57,795 bases of DNA, from positions 1 to 57,795 of IMG/VR virus record IMGVR_UViG_3300037827_000133; one strand, written 5' to 3'. Positions 1 to 7,980 of the stretch are shown here, one piece after another (position 1 is the first letter of the stretch; each line of letters begins with the position of its first letter). Position numbers and translations under genes: made by a program. The DNA is from a virus. Below the pieces are notes generated by a model. The model was given only the letters and a program-made list of their open reading frames with translations, had not been told where the DNA came from and searched no databases.

Positions 1-127
1 CGGCATCGGCCTCTCGAAGCAGCGCGAGCAGGACCGCCGCGTCCACATCATGAAGCACGAGGGCGCGGAGTTCTGCTCCCTCCACAATCGCATCTTCCGC
101 GTGGATCGACTCAGCGGGTTCGGGGAG
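1..127. repeat. Terminal direct repeat, identical to 57669-57795 (end overlap of a circular or terminally redundant genome)
   Basis: Read directly: cggcatcggcctctcgaagc...ctcagcgggttcggggag occurs at both window ends, 127/127 identical. Confidence 0.97.
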
Positions 128-145
128 GCACTGAATGAAGCGTAA
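1..145 (+). CDS. 3' part of a small Zn-finger-like ORF that starts at ATG 57625 and reads through the junction (62 aa when circularised)
   Basis: Frame of ATG 57625 continues through the repeat to TAA 143-145. Peptide MHFIVQSGIVECPACGIGLSKQREQDRRVHIMKHEGAEFCSLHNRIFRVDRLSGFGEALNEA. Confidence 0.5.
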   Translation, partial: GIGLSKQREQDRRVHIMKHEGAEFCSLHNRIFRVDRLSGFGEALNEA

Positions 146-245
146 CCGACAGAAATACTCTTTCAATCGTTCCTCGAATCGTCCTTCTGGGCACAGCGGC
201 AAGGGACGTGTCTCCACCCGCGCGCGCCACCGACGGAGATACTGA
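135..245 (+). CDS. Very basic 36-aa ORF (MKRNRQKYSFNRSSNRPSGHSGKGRVSTRARHRRRY)
   Basis: ATG 135 lies 7 nt after GGGGAGG. Stop overlaps the next ATG (TGATG). Below the 60-aa cut-off of the supplied track. Confidence 0.35.
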   Translation: MKRNRQKYSFNRSSNRPSGHSGKGRVSTRARHRRRY

Positions 246-430
246 TGCCGCGACCTGTCCCGATCCCGTCCTCCGCCTACGGCTCCGCCGACGAAGAGAC
301 GAACCGCGTGTTCCGCAAGCGTCAGGGCACGCTCCCTGGTACGCGCATCGGCATCCCTGGACGGAGTGACTCGCCGCAGCGCAAGGACGGTACGTGGCAA
401 CCAGGACCGATAACGCGGAAGGGACGATGA
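245..430 (+). CDS. Hypothetical protein, 61 aa
   Basis: Track ORF. G/C dominates third codon positions. Translationally coupled to the upstream ORF. Confidence 0.4.
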   Translation: MPRPVPIPSSAYGSADEETNRVFRKRQGTLPGTRIGIPGRSDSPQRKDGTWQPGPITRKGR

Positions 431-446
431 GAGGAGGTATCTACAG

Positions 447-518
447 ATGGCGAACTTAGCGCTGATTACCAGCCGTAAAACGGCAGACTATTACAGCCCT
501 ATATCTCGCCATCTTTGA
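447..518 (+). CDS. 23-codon ORF with strong RBS, in frame with the portal ORF and separated from it only by TGA 516-518 (leader peptide or read-through N-terminus)
   Basis: GAGGAGG at 431-437, ATG 447, TGA 516-518. 447 and 588 are in the same frame. Confidence 0.4.
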   Translation: MANLALITSRKTADYYSPISRHL

Positions 519-587
519 CCCGATGAATGGCAACGAATCTCCCAGGACCACCGCGACAGACAGCTAGGACGCAACTGGTTCGACGAA

Positions 588-2135
588 GTGGAATCCTTCT
601 ACTCCCTCTCCGAGGGTGCCGACCCGCTCCCCTCCTTCCGCCCTGCCGTGCGCGTCCCTCAACTCCAAGTCCTGATGATGCACGAGGCCAACGACCTCTC
701 CGAGACCTCCCCGCGCCCGTATATCGTCAACCATCACTCCGGAGACCGGGACGAGGACCGGGAGAAGGGCCTCCAGTGCGCATGGCGGACCTCGCGCGTC
801 AACTACCACGCCATGTTCACGACCCTGATGTCTCTCTTCTCCGGTATGTGCCCGATGCAGGTCGGCTACGACCCTGACGCACGCCAGGGACGCGGCTCCA
901 CCTGGGTCAAGATGCGCGACCCCCGCACCTTCGACTGCGACCCTTGGACGGACTACACCTGCAACTGGTCGTATGTCGTCTTCGAGGATCGGATGCATCT
1001 GGAGGAGGTCAAGTCGCGATGGGGGGCGGCAGCGTCCCAGGTCCGCCCTCGCGTCGGCGGCCGCTCCGTCTCCCCTGTCCTCGGCGGTGACGCCGGCGGA
1101 TTCCAGATGCCCCCCGGCCCGATGGCCATGGTCCCTGGCCTCCCTGGCAACCGCTCGATCCCGAACGACAATCGCGTACGCGTTCGCTGGTGCTACTGCC
1201 ACGACTACACGCGGGAGCAAATCGAGGAACACAATCTCCCGTCCGGCGCGATCGTGCCCGCCGACTTCGCGTGGAAGTACCCGAACGGCCGCCTCATCGT
1301 CGAGTGCGAAGGCTGGACGCTGCAAGACGGAGACAATCCCTACCCGCTGAAGATGTTCCCGGCGGTGCCGTTCTGGTCCACGCTCCCTCTGTACTCGATA
1401 TGGGCCACGCCCGCGATCCGCTACTCCAAGGAACTCCAATCGGCGGGGGAACGCCTGTATACCGGCCTCTTCGAGAACGCCGTCCGCCTCAACAATGGCG
1501 TATGGTTCATCGACGAGCGTACCGGCATCGACCCGGAGGCATTCGGTGGCATGCCCGGTGAGGTGCAGATCATCAACGCCAACTCCCCCACGCCACAATG
1601 TGTGTACCCCAGCGCGATGCCGCAGCAGATGACGCAGCTCCCGCAACTCTTCTTCGACAAGCAAAAGGAACTCCAGGGATTCACCGACGCGCGCTCGGGG
1701 AAGCCGGGAGCGGGCAACGTCTCGACGGAGCTATTCGACTCCTCCGTCATCCGGTCGCAGGGTGTCACGCAGCTCCGTGGCCGCCTCAACTCGGTGTCGT
1801 TCCAGCGCCTGGGCGAACTTCTGTTCTACACCATGCTCCGCTTCCAGCCATCGCAGCATATGTTCATGAAGACGGCGCAAGGATACGAGACGGTCAAGTG
1901 GCAATCCACCAACCGGCCCGATCAATACGACTTCGAGTTGGACGACGCTTCCATCCTGCCGTTCTCGCAGGCTATGCTGCGGAAGATGGCACCGGAACTC
2001 CGCAAGGCTGGCCTGCTCGACGTACACACGACTCTGGATACGCTGGAGTTCCCGGATGCGGAGAAGATCGCCGCTAACATCGAGCAGGAATCTGCACTGA
2101 TCGCACTTGCCAAGACTCGCGGGGCACGCAAGTGA
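588..2135 (+). CDS. Portal protein candidate (515 aa from GTG 588; may start at 447 if TGA 516 is read through)
   Basis: Size and position between the large terminase and scaffold/capsid genes. No other portal-sized ORF in the head module. No SD before GTG 588. Confidence 0.6.
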   Translation: MESFYSLSEGADPLPSFRPAVRVPQLQVLMMHEANDLSETSPRPYIVNHHSGDRDEDREKGLQCAWRTSRVNYHAMFTTLMSLFSGMCPMQVGYDPDARQGRGSTWVKMRDPRTFDCDPWTDYTCNWSYVVFEDRMHLEEVKSRWGAAASQVRPRVGGRSVSPVLGGDAGGFQMPPGPMAMVPGLPGNRSIPNDNRVRVRWCYCHDYTREQIEEHNLPSGAIVPADFAWKYPNGRLIVECEGWTLQDGDNPYPLKMFPAVPFWSTLPLYSIWATPAIRYSKELQSAGERLYTGLFENAVRLNNGVWFIDERTGIDPEAFGGMPGEVQIINANSPTPQCVYPSAMPQQMTQLPQLFFDKQKELQGFTDARSGKPGAGNVSTELFDSSVIRSQGVTQLRGRLNSVSFQRLGELLFYTMLRFQPSQHMFMKTAQGYETVKWQSTNRPDQYDFELDDASILPFSQAMLRKMAPELRKAGLLDVHTTLDTLEFPDAEKIAANIEQESALIALAKTRGARK

Positions 2136-2323
2136 ATCACGGCTCGCTACTATGCGGCGTAGAGTGCGACGACTCTAGAAGTTGCGGATTCGCATCGGAC
2201 ACGTGGGACCGCGTCATGTGCATCAGTTGCGGCCAGTTCAAGTTCAAGCGTTCCACTTGTATCGAATGCCGTCTCTGTGACGACTGTTGCCGATGCGTAT
2301 ACGACTTGGCGTACTTACTATGA
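2132..2323 (+). CDS. Cys-rich small protein (multiple CxxC pairs)
   Basis: Track ORF. GTGA overlap with the portal stop. Motifs CISCG..CIECRLCDDCCRC. Confidence 0.5.
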   Translation: MNHGSLLCGVECDDSRSCGFASDTWDRVMCISCGQFKFKRSTCIECRLCDDCCRCVYDLAYLL

Positions 2324-2502
2324 CTTCGCAGTGGTTCACCATCGCTGAAGTATCCGCCGAGTACCACCGCTCCGAACAACGTGTCCGTGAGTGGTGCCGC
2401 GATGGCACTCTCGCCGCCTTCGGATTCCGCATTTACCGCACTCGTAACTCGTGGTGGATTGCGTATCCCGAAACCAAGCGGTACCAATTCCCCCCACAAT
2501 AA
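2320..2502 (+). CDS. Helix-turn-helix DNA-binding protein (excisionase/MerR-like HTH)
   Basis: ATGA overlap at 2320. MTSQWFTIAEVSAEYHRSEQRVREWCRDGTL fits the short HTH_17-type pattern. Confidence 0.55.
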   Translation: MTSQWFTIAEVSAEYHRSEQRVREWCRDGTLAAFGFRIYRTRNSWWIAYPETKRYQFPPQ

Positions 2503-2522
2503 GTCTATTCTCAGTCCCAGCG

Positions 2523-2765
2523 ATGCAACCGCGACTGGAAATCCTTAGGGTATGGCGCAGCGAACCGGGATACATCAGCGTCCGAGCGGCGCTCGATGGA
2601 CGTTTAGCCATACCTTTTGAAATTCCTGAGCAGACGTACTACGAGGATCTCATTGACGTAGGCACATTCGAGTCCTTCGTCGAGCGCCAATGCCGATCCC
2701 TGCTGGACGCCTACGGCGATGAGCGGGAGCAACGCTCGGAGCCCGTCGCAGACTTTGTTGTTTGA
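2523..2765 (+). CDS. Hypothetical protein, 80 aa
   Basis: ATG 2523 inside track ORF 2451-2765; ordinary amino-acid composition. Confidence 0.5.
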   Translation: MQPRLEILRVWRSEPGYISVRAALDGRLAIPFEIPEQTYYEDLIDVGTFESFVERQCRSLLDAYGDEREQRSEPVADFVV

Positions 2766-2823
2766 CCACAGTGGGCTGGTACTCCTTTCTCGCACTGTGG
2801 AATCTATGAGAGGAGGTGCTGTT

Positions 2824-2865
2824 ATGGACCATCGGAAGAAACACCGTGGCGGACGACGCAAGTAG
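2824..2865 (+). CDS. Tiny basic ORF (MDHRKKHRGGRRK)
   Basis: GAGAGGAGGT lies 6 nt upstream of ATG 2824. Only 13 codons, so speculative. Confidence 0.2.
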   Translation: MDHRKKHRGGRRK

Positions 2866-2939
2866 TAACTTAGGGGCTCAGAACAAGAGGGGCGGCTCCC
2901 AAGAGGCCGTCCCTCCCATAACCTCTCGGAGGCAGCGCA

Positions 2940-3119
2940 ATGATAGACAAGTTTGGCAACACTTACGACGACGAGATGCTCAAGTCTCCCCTGACTGTCG
3001 GTCGTCCTGGCAAGGAACCCGGCCCGGACGTTAACAATAATCCGATCGCACAGCCAACCGATCCGATGAAGTTCATCCCTGGCAACTCCCGCCGAGCTGG
3101 GAGAAAGTCAGGTCTCTGA
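2940..3119 (+). CDS. Hypothetical protein, 59 aa
   Basis: GGAGG lies 7 nt upstream of ATG 2940. Stop overlaps the next ATG (TGATG). Just under the track cut-off. Confidence 0.45.
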   Translation: MIDKFGNTYDDEMLKSPLTVGRPGKEPGPDVNNNPIAQPTDPMKFIPGNSRRAGRKSGL

Positions 3120-3259
3120 TGCATCACACCAGCTCTCACCACTCGGGCAAGTCCCTCAAGCCGGTATCCAAGTTCAAGTACGCCAAGTCGCGTATCCCGA
3201 TGAAGCATCCGCGGCGCGGGAAGAAATTCAGCGGCCGTGGCGGAGGGCTCCGTGGCTAG
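3119..3259 (+). CDS. Basic 46-aa ORF (MHHTSSHHSGKSLKPVSKFKYAKSRIPMKHPRRGKKFSGRGGGLRG)
   Basis: Coupled start (TGATG), stop TAG 3257-3259. Confidence 0.35.
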   Translation: MHHTSSHHSGKSLKPVSKFKYAKSRIPMKHPRRGKKFSGRGGGLRG

Positions 3260-3269
3260 TCCCGGATCC

Positions 3270-3680
3270 ATGCCGGTCGATGTGCGCGGGATGCAGGCGC
3301 GCTCGATGGTCGAGCAACTGGCCAAGCGCGGCGGCCCATCCCAAGGTGGCGCGTCCCCGGATGCCTCGGGGCAGCAAGTATCGCAGCAGCTCTCGGAGTT
3401 GCAGGGTGCCGACCCGTCCCTCCTGCTGAAAGCCACCGAGCAGATGAAGGCGATGGCGCTCGCTATCCAAGTCCGCACCGCGTTCCAAGTTCCTGAAGCC
3501 GCGCGGCACATGGCCCAAGTCCAGAAATCCCTCGACGCTGCGATCAAGGCGCTACAGCAGGCCGCCGCGACGGCGAACACTGTATCCTCGCCGATCGTCA
3601 ATCAGGCCGGGATGAGCCCGACGCAGCCGCAACCTGGTGGCGGTCCGGGCGCACAACCATCTGAAGGAGCCGGACAATGA
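3270..3680 (+). CDS. Hypothetical Ala/Gln-rich helical protein, head module
   Basis: Track ORF 3237-3680; first ATG at 3270. Stop overlaps the scaffold ATG (ATGA). Confidence 0.55.
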   Translation: MPVDVRGMQARSMVEQLAKRGGPSQGGASPDASGQQVSQQLSELQGADPSLLLKATEQMKAMALAIQVRTAFQVPEAARHMAQVQKSLDAAIKALQQAAATANTVSSPIVNQAGMSPTQPQPGGGPGAQPSEGAGQ

Positions 3681-4510
3681 AGTGGGCGGAAATTTTATCC
3701 AACAAGCAATACCCGGACGATTTCGTCATCTCCGTGAAGAACGGCGACAAAACCGAGACGCTCACCCTCGGCCAGATGCGCGCGGAGGACACCGAGTCCC
3801 GCGGCGCACTGACCGCTGAGTTGACCCGCAAGGAGCAGGATATCCTGAAGCGCGAGAAGGACGTCACCAACGCTTCGAAGGGTATCGCGACCATGCTGGA
3901 GAACCTCTCTACGAAGACGGGCCTCTCCTACGAGGAACTGATCGAGGGCAAGACGCCGACGAAGAAGGTAGTCGCGCAGGCGGCAGAGTTGGACGAGAAC
4001 GACCCTCTCGTGGGTGCCCTCGTCAAGGAGATCAAGGGCCTCCGCGCGGAATTGACCACGACCAAAGGTGACATCGAGACCGTCCGCAAGAACGCCCTCG
4101 GCCCGATGCTCAACACCTACCTCGAAGACTACTACGAGGGTACGTGGGAGAAGATCACGCCTACCCTCCCCAAGGGTGCCAAGGTCGAACGTGCCGACGC
4201 CCTCAAGTACGCCCAGGACAACGGCCTCAAGGATTCCCGCGGCCGCCTGGACCTGCGCAAGGCCGTACGCGACCTGACCTACGACGACCGGATCAACGAG
4301 GAAGCCGAGAAGCGCGTGGCGGACCTCCGCAAGAAGGACGAAGACACTCGCACCATCGCCGCCGCGCCGAAGCCCGGTGGCACGCACATCAACGTGAAGA
4401 CGGATCGCTCTCTCCTCGACGCCAAGGGACGCACCAAGTCCTTCGACGACATGCTGACCGAAGCGGCGGCGGATACGGAGATGTGGAAGGCGATTCAATC
4501 GCAGCACTGA
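3677..4510 (+). CDS. Scaffolding protein candidate
   Basis: 277 aa, highly charged and coiled-coil-like, immediately upstream of the capsid gene. GAAGGAG RBS. Confidence 0.5.
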   Translation: MKWAEILSNKQYPDDFVISVKNGDKTETLTLGQMRAEDTESRGALTAELTRKEQDILKREKDVTNASKGIATMLENLSTKTGLSYEELIEGKTPTKKVVAQAAELDENDPLVGALVKEIKGLRAELTTTKGDIETVRKNALGPMLNTYLEDYYEGTWEKITPTLPKGAKVERADALKYAQDNGLKDSRGRLDLRKAVRDLTYDDRINEEAEKRVADLRKKDEDTRTIAAAPKPGGTHINVKTDRSLLDAKGRTKSFDDMLTEAAADTEMWKAIQSQH

Positions 4511-4537
4511 TGACGTAGCACGACAAGGAGCCTGACC

Positions 4538-5527
4538 ATGGCGAACAGCGTAGTGGGACTGGGACTAGCCTCCCCTCCCGTCCAACTCTCGAACACCGTC
4601 AACGCGATCTCGCAGAAATACATTGTCCCGGTGCTCGGCGACAACGTGTTCAAGCCTTCCCCCGTGTTCTGGGCGCTGACCCGTGACGGCAAGAAATTCG
4701 GAGCGGGCGAACTCGTGTTTCCCGAGATCAACCAAGAGGAACTCCCTGGTGGCGCGTACTACGGCGACCAACTCCTGGACACCTCCGTCGTCGATTCCGT
4801 GCAGCCAGCGAACCAGCAGTGGCGCCCGTATCGCCAGCCGATCGTGATCCCGATCACCGACGTCATCCTGAACCGTGGCGGCGCTGGCAACCTGGACATC
4901 ATCAAGCTCAAGTATCAGACGGCATCTGGGTCGTTCCTACAGAAACTGTCCCGCGCCCTGTGGCATACCTCCCCCCAGAATACCTCCCTCGACATCGACG
5001 ATATCGACTCGTGGCTGGGGCAGACGACCAACACCATCGCCGGCATCAACCGCAACCTGACGGCCAACGCCTTCTGGCAGCCACCGGCGAACCAGTCCAA
5101 CACCTCCGGCACGCTGACGCCGGCGAACGCTGAGACCGCGTACCAAGCTGTCACGTTCGGCTACGACGAGCCGGACCTGATGGTGATCGTGCAGAACCGC
5201 TACGCCGGATTCAAGAACAACTTCACCACTCTGGTGCGCTTCGGCCAGGGCATGCAGGACGAGGAAGCCTTGCAGGTTGGATTCCGCAACCACTTCCTGT
5301 TCAACAACGCTATCGTGGTGCCGGACGTATTCTGCCTGGCGAACTCGGCGTACTTCCTGAACTCGAAGTATATGTTCCCGGTGTTCCACGAGGCGGACTA
5401 CTTCAACGTGGACCCGTTCATCAAGCCCAGCAATCAGAGAGTGTTAGTAAGCACTATGTACCTAACGTGGCAGCAAAGCAACATTAGTCCACGAATGGGT
5501 ATAAAAATCACTAACATAACAGCATAA
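4538..5527 (+). CDS. Major capsid protein candidate
   Basis: 329 aa. AAGGAG RBS 8 nt upstream. Follows the scaffold. A strong terminator lies downstream of the capsid block. Confidence 0.7.
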   Translation: MANSVVGLGLASPPVQLSNTVNAISQKYIVPVLGDNVFKPSPVFWALTRDGKKFGAGELVFPEINQEELPGGAYYGDQLLDTSVVDSVQPANQQWRPYRQPIVIPITDVILNRGGAGNLDIIKLKYQTASGSFLQKLSRALWHTSPQNTSLDIDDIDSWLGQTTNTIAGINRNLTANAFWQPPANQSNTSGTLTPANAETAYQAVTFGYDEPDLMVIVQNRYAGFKNNFTTLVRFGQGMQDEEALQVGFRNHFLFNNAIVVPDVFCLANSAYFLNSKYMFPVFHEADYFNVDPFIKPSNQRVLVSTMYLTWQQSNISPRMGIKITNITA

Positions 5528-5557
5528 GCTGTTGTAAAGTTCTTTGAAATTTAGGTA

Positions 5558-6040
5558 TTGCTAAGTAACATAGACGGTAGTACAGTAAGAGGCGTGAAAA
5601 ACCTCGAAGCTGTATCTGAAATAGACTATGCGCGATTAGCCGCTTACATCGACGGTGAGGGCTGTATTCGACTTCAGCCTAGCGGCCACAAGCGCAGGAA
5701 CAGGTTCTATACCGTCGTAGTAATTATCGGTCAGATGGACAAGCGCCTTACCGATTGGCTGGAGGAAACATTTGGGGGTTCCGTAGCGATCGGACAAGGT
5801 AGCAAATATCTGCCGATGTATTACTGGAAGCTGGGCTCCCAGGCTTTGGACTACGTGCTAGTTCGATGTATGCCGTACTTCATAGTCAAGGGAGAGCAAG
5901 TCAAGATTGCGTTAGAGTATCGAGCGACTGTGACAGACCGCACGATTACTCTCCCGCAGGAGCTGATCGACCGAAGAGAAGAGTTACGAGCTAAGTTGCA
6001 TCAGTTGAAGCACGGGCACAAGGTCAAGAAAGCGGCGTAA
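5558..6040 (+). CDS. LAGLIDADG homing endonuclease (single-motif type)
   Basis: Motif LAAYIDGEGCI near the N-terminus. About 160 aa. AT-rich island between the capsid gene and the next gene. Start (TTG 5558 or GTG 5594) uncertain. Confidence 0.85.
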   Translation: MLSNIDGSTVRGVKNLEAVSEIDYARLAAYIDGEGCIRLQPSGHKRRNRFYTVVVIIGQMDKRLTDWLEETFGGSVAIGQGSKYLPMYYWKLGSQALDYVLVRCMPYFIVKGEQVKIALEYRATVTDRTITLPQELIDRREELRAKLHQLKHGHKVKKAA

Positions 6041-6052
6041 CGGAGATCGCAG

Positions 6053-6508
6053 ATGATTATCAACACGATCAAGAAATGGTACACAGGTGGAGGTAGCTCC
6101 ACCGTATATTTTGCTAACCAGAACTTTAATATATCGAACGGCAACACCACGATATCCTGCCCGGTCGGCGGCAACATCCAGACCAACCAGGTCGGTGGCG
6201 GTCCTGTCACCGTGGGCTACGTGCGCGTCAAGACGGAGGCCGCTGGGAACTTCATCAACACCGGCAACGTCTACGCCAACGCCTCCGTGGCGCGTGTGAT
6301 CGCGATCGTGGGCGACGACGGCAACTCGAACCAGGTGCTGCTCTACGCCGGGGACACGAACGTCGCCCTGCCGAACGTCGGCATCGACTGTATCTACGAG
6401 TGGAGCTGCGACCTACAGTTGACCAATGTGAACGTGATCATCAACGTATCCAACGTGAACGCCACCGGGAACGCGGTTATGTCGGTCGAAGTGGCTGCGG
6501 GGCCGTAG
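6053..6508 (+). CDS. Hypothetical Asn/Gly/Val-rich protein (possible capsid decoration or minor capsid protein)
   Basis: GGAGAT RBS, ATG 6053. Last gene before the terminator. Function guessed from position only. Confidence 0.5.
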   Translation: MIINTIKKWYTGGGSSTVYFANQNFNISNGNTTISCPVGGNIQTNQVGGGPVTVGYVRVKTEAAGNFINTGNVYANASVARVIAIVGDDGNSNQVLLYAGDTNVALPNVGIDCIYEWSCDLQLTNVNVIINVSNVNATGNAVMSVEVAAGP

Positions 6509-6537
6509 CGCGAGATCAGAGTGTGGTAGCAAGGGGA

Positions 6538-6574
6538 GCCGGGGTCGGCTGTATTAGGCTCCGGCCTTTTTATT
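6538..6574 (+). terminator. Rho-independent terminator after the capsid block
   Basis: 9-bp stem gccggggtc (6538-6546) / ggctccggc (6557-6565) with two G-U pairs and a 10-nt loop, followed by cTTTTTaTT. Confidence 0.65.
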
Positions 6575-6588
6575 GAAGGGATATTATC

Positions 6589-6693
6589 ATGGCACAACGT
6601 CTCAAAGGATCGGGGCCGGTAGACCGCAAGTATCTGTCCAAGGTCTACGGCTTTCGTGACAAGATGAAGCGACTGGGTAAAAGAGGCAAGTAG
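6589..6693 (+). CDS. Basic 34-aa ORF (MAQRLKGSGPVDRKYLSKVYGFRDKMKRLGKRGK)
   Basis: GAAGGG lies 9 nt upstream of ATG 6589. TAG is directly followed by ATG 6694. Confidence 0.35.
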   Translation: MAQRLKGSGPVDRKYLSKVYGFRDKMKRLGKRGK

Positions 6694-7980
6694 ATGGCGC
6701 TGGTCGGAGACGTAATCCTTGGCTGCCGCGAGGCCATGACGGACCTGCCGCCGACCCTCGGCGCGCTGGGACTGCCTCCTATCCTCGCGCCAGTATCCGG
6801 TTCGAACCTCCTCCCTCCGGGCACGTACTACGTCGTCGTCACCCAGCTCACTCCGTGGGGCGAGACTCTGCCCTCGCCGGAAGCCTCGATCACTCTGAGC
6901 TCAGTGTCGAATATCTCCGTCCAGCCGTTTGGTTTGTCTGGCTTGGCTACTGCTGTTCGTGTCTACTTCTCTACTACATCCGGCACGGAGACGTTCTATC
7001 AGCAATTCCAGTTCTCGTCCATATTTGGCACAGGCGTCTTCACTATCAACGCGACCACCGGTGTAGGGGCGATGTCCGCTAGTAGCCAATCCCCACCGAT
7101 CCGTTCCTCCGCGTATATGCCGGACTCCGACGGCCAAGCGGTCTCGGCCTTCGCCATCTACCGCTGGCTCAACCAGGCTCTGGGATGGGCGGCGGCCAAG
7201 AACCGTGGCGGCCTGCCCGACTTCGGTGCGGCCGGGACCGTCGGAGGCCAGCCGAACTACATCCTCCCTGGCTACTGGAAGAAAATCGATGCGGCGTGGT
7301 ACGACGGATACCCGCTCGGCCTGCTGCAGAAGAATAACGTGTTCCGTCGCAATCCGGTCCCCGGCTACTCCGGCATGCTCACCGTGTTCCAGGCCACCGA
7401 CCGGCTGATGGTCGAGGCGTGGCCGCAGCCATCGCGCACCTCCGCGCAGACGACGCTCGCCGCGCCGATGCTGGCGACAGACACTGTGGCGACGCTAACC
7501 TCTACCGCCGGATTCGTCCTTGGCTTCGGCATGGCGCAGATCGACTCCGAGATCGTCAACTTCGCCGCCATCAACGGCAACCAGCTCACCGGCCTCCAGC
7601 GCGGCATGACCGGGACCGTCGCAGCGACGCACTCAGCTACTTTTGGTAGCGTCGCTCCGGTGACCGAACTCAACCTCATGATATCCGGCTTCCGCGTCCC
7701 CTCCACCTCCTCCTACTTCCCCGGGCAGGCCGCGACGCCACTCTACCTCCCGCCCGGCTGGGACGAGGCCCTGATCTCGTACATGCTGTATCGGTTCCGC
7801 AAGCTGGAGCAGGACGAGGCAGGCGCGAAGGCGGCGCTGCAGGAGGCGACGGAGAAGATCGGATCACTGGGAGCAAACCGCGTGATCGCTGGACCCAGAC
7901 AAGTCCAGCCGTATGGCGCGGTCGGGCCGGAAGTGGCTGCGGGCATGGGTTCAAGATTTGGGGGTGTAATCATACCGTAA
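6694..7980 (+). CDS. Head-tail adaptor / tail tubular protein A-like candidate (428 aa)
   Basis: First large ORF after the capsid block and before the nozzle-sized ORF, as in T7-like gene order. No motif-level support. Confidence 0.4.
   Translation: MALVGDVILGCREAMTDLPPTLGALGLPPILAPVSGSNLLPPGTYYVVVTQLTPWGETLPSPEASITLSSVSNISVQPFGLSGLATAVRVYFSTTSGTETFYQQFQFSSIFGTGVFTINATTGVGAMSASSQSPPIRSSAYMPDSDGQAVSAFAIYRWLNQALGWAAAKNRGGLPDFGAAGTVGGQPNYILPGYWKKIDAAWYDGYPLGLLQKNNVFRRNPVPGYSGMLTVFQATDRLMVEAWPQPSRTSAQTTLAAPMLATDTVATLTSTAGFVLGFGMAQIDSEIVNFAAINGNQLTGLQRGMTGTVAATHSATFGSVAPVTELNLMISGFRVPSTSSYFPGQAATPLYLPPGWDEALISYMLYRFRKLEQDEAGAKAALQEATEKIGSLGANRVIAGPRQVQPYGAVGPEVAAGMGSRFGGVIIP

Noticed and set aside
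516-560. Selenocysteine insertion at the portal TGA
   Set aside because: I could not draw a SECIS-like hairpin in the ~40 nt downstream of the TGA, and saw no selA/selB/selC-like genes. Read-through, an error or a separate leader ORF are more economical explanations.
527-877. ORF 527-877(+) starting at ATG 527, considered as an alternative portal start via frameshift
   Set aside because: Its translation is Pro/Arg-rich noise in a different frame from the portal ORF. No slippery heptamer was noticed.
564-1664. Long antisense or off-frame ORFs throughout the GC-rich regions, for example 564-1664(-), 3695-4507(-), 10393-11058(+), 15358-16011(-), 19771-20427(-), 28636-29493(-), 36354-37271(+), 37283-37909(+), 51007-52110(-), 53993-54736(+) and 56793-57473(-)
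   Set aside because: Their translations are Arg/Pro/Gly/Ala-dominated and low-complexity. They lack RBSs and lie fully inside better-supported genes with recognisable motifs. This is the typical stop-codon-poor shadow-frame artefact of high-GC DNA.
2816-3034. Track ORF 2816-3034(+), 72 aa
   Set aside because: Its sequence is Arg-rich shadow-frame-like. ORFs with proper RBSs (2824-2865 and 2940-3119) occupy the other frames.
6797-6811. ccggttcgaacctcc, resembling a tRNA T-arm
   Set aside because: It lies inside gene 6694-7980 (codons SGSNLLP). No acceptor-stem, D-arm or anticodon-arm pairing can be drawn around it. I recognised no tRNA-like cloverleaf elsewhere, though a tRNAscan run is still advisable.
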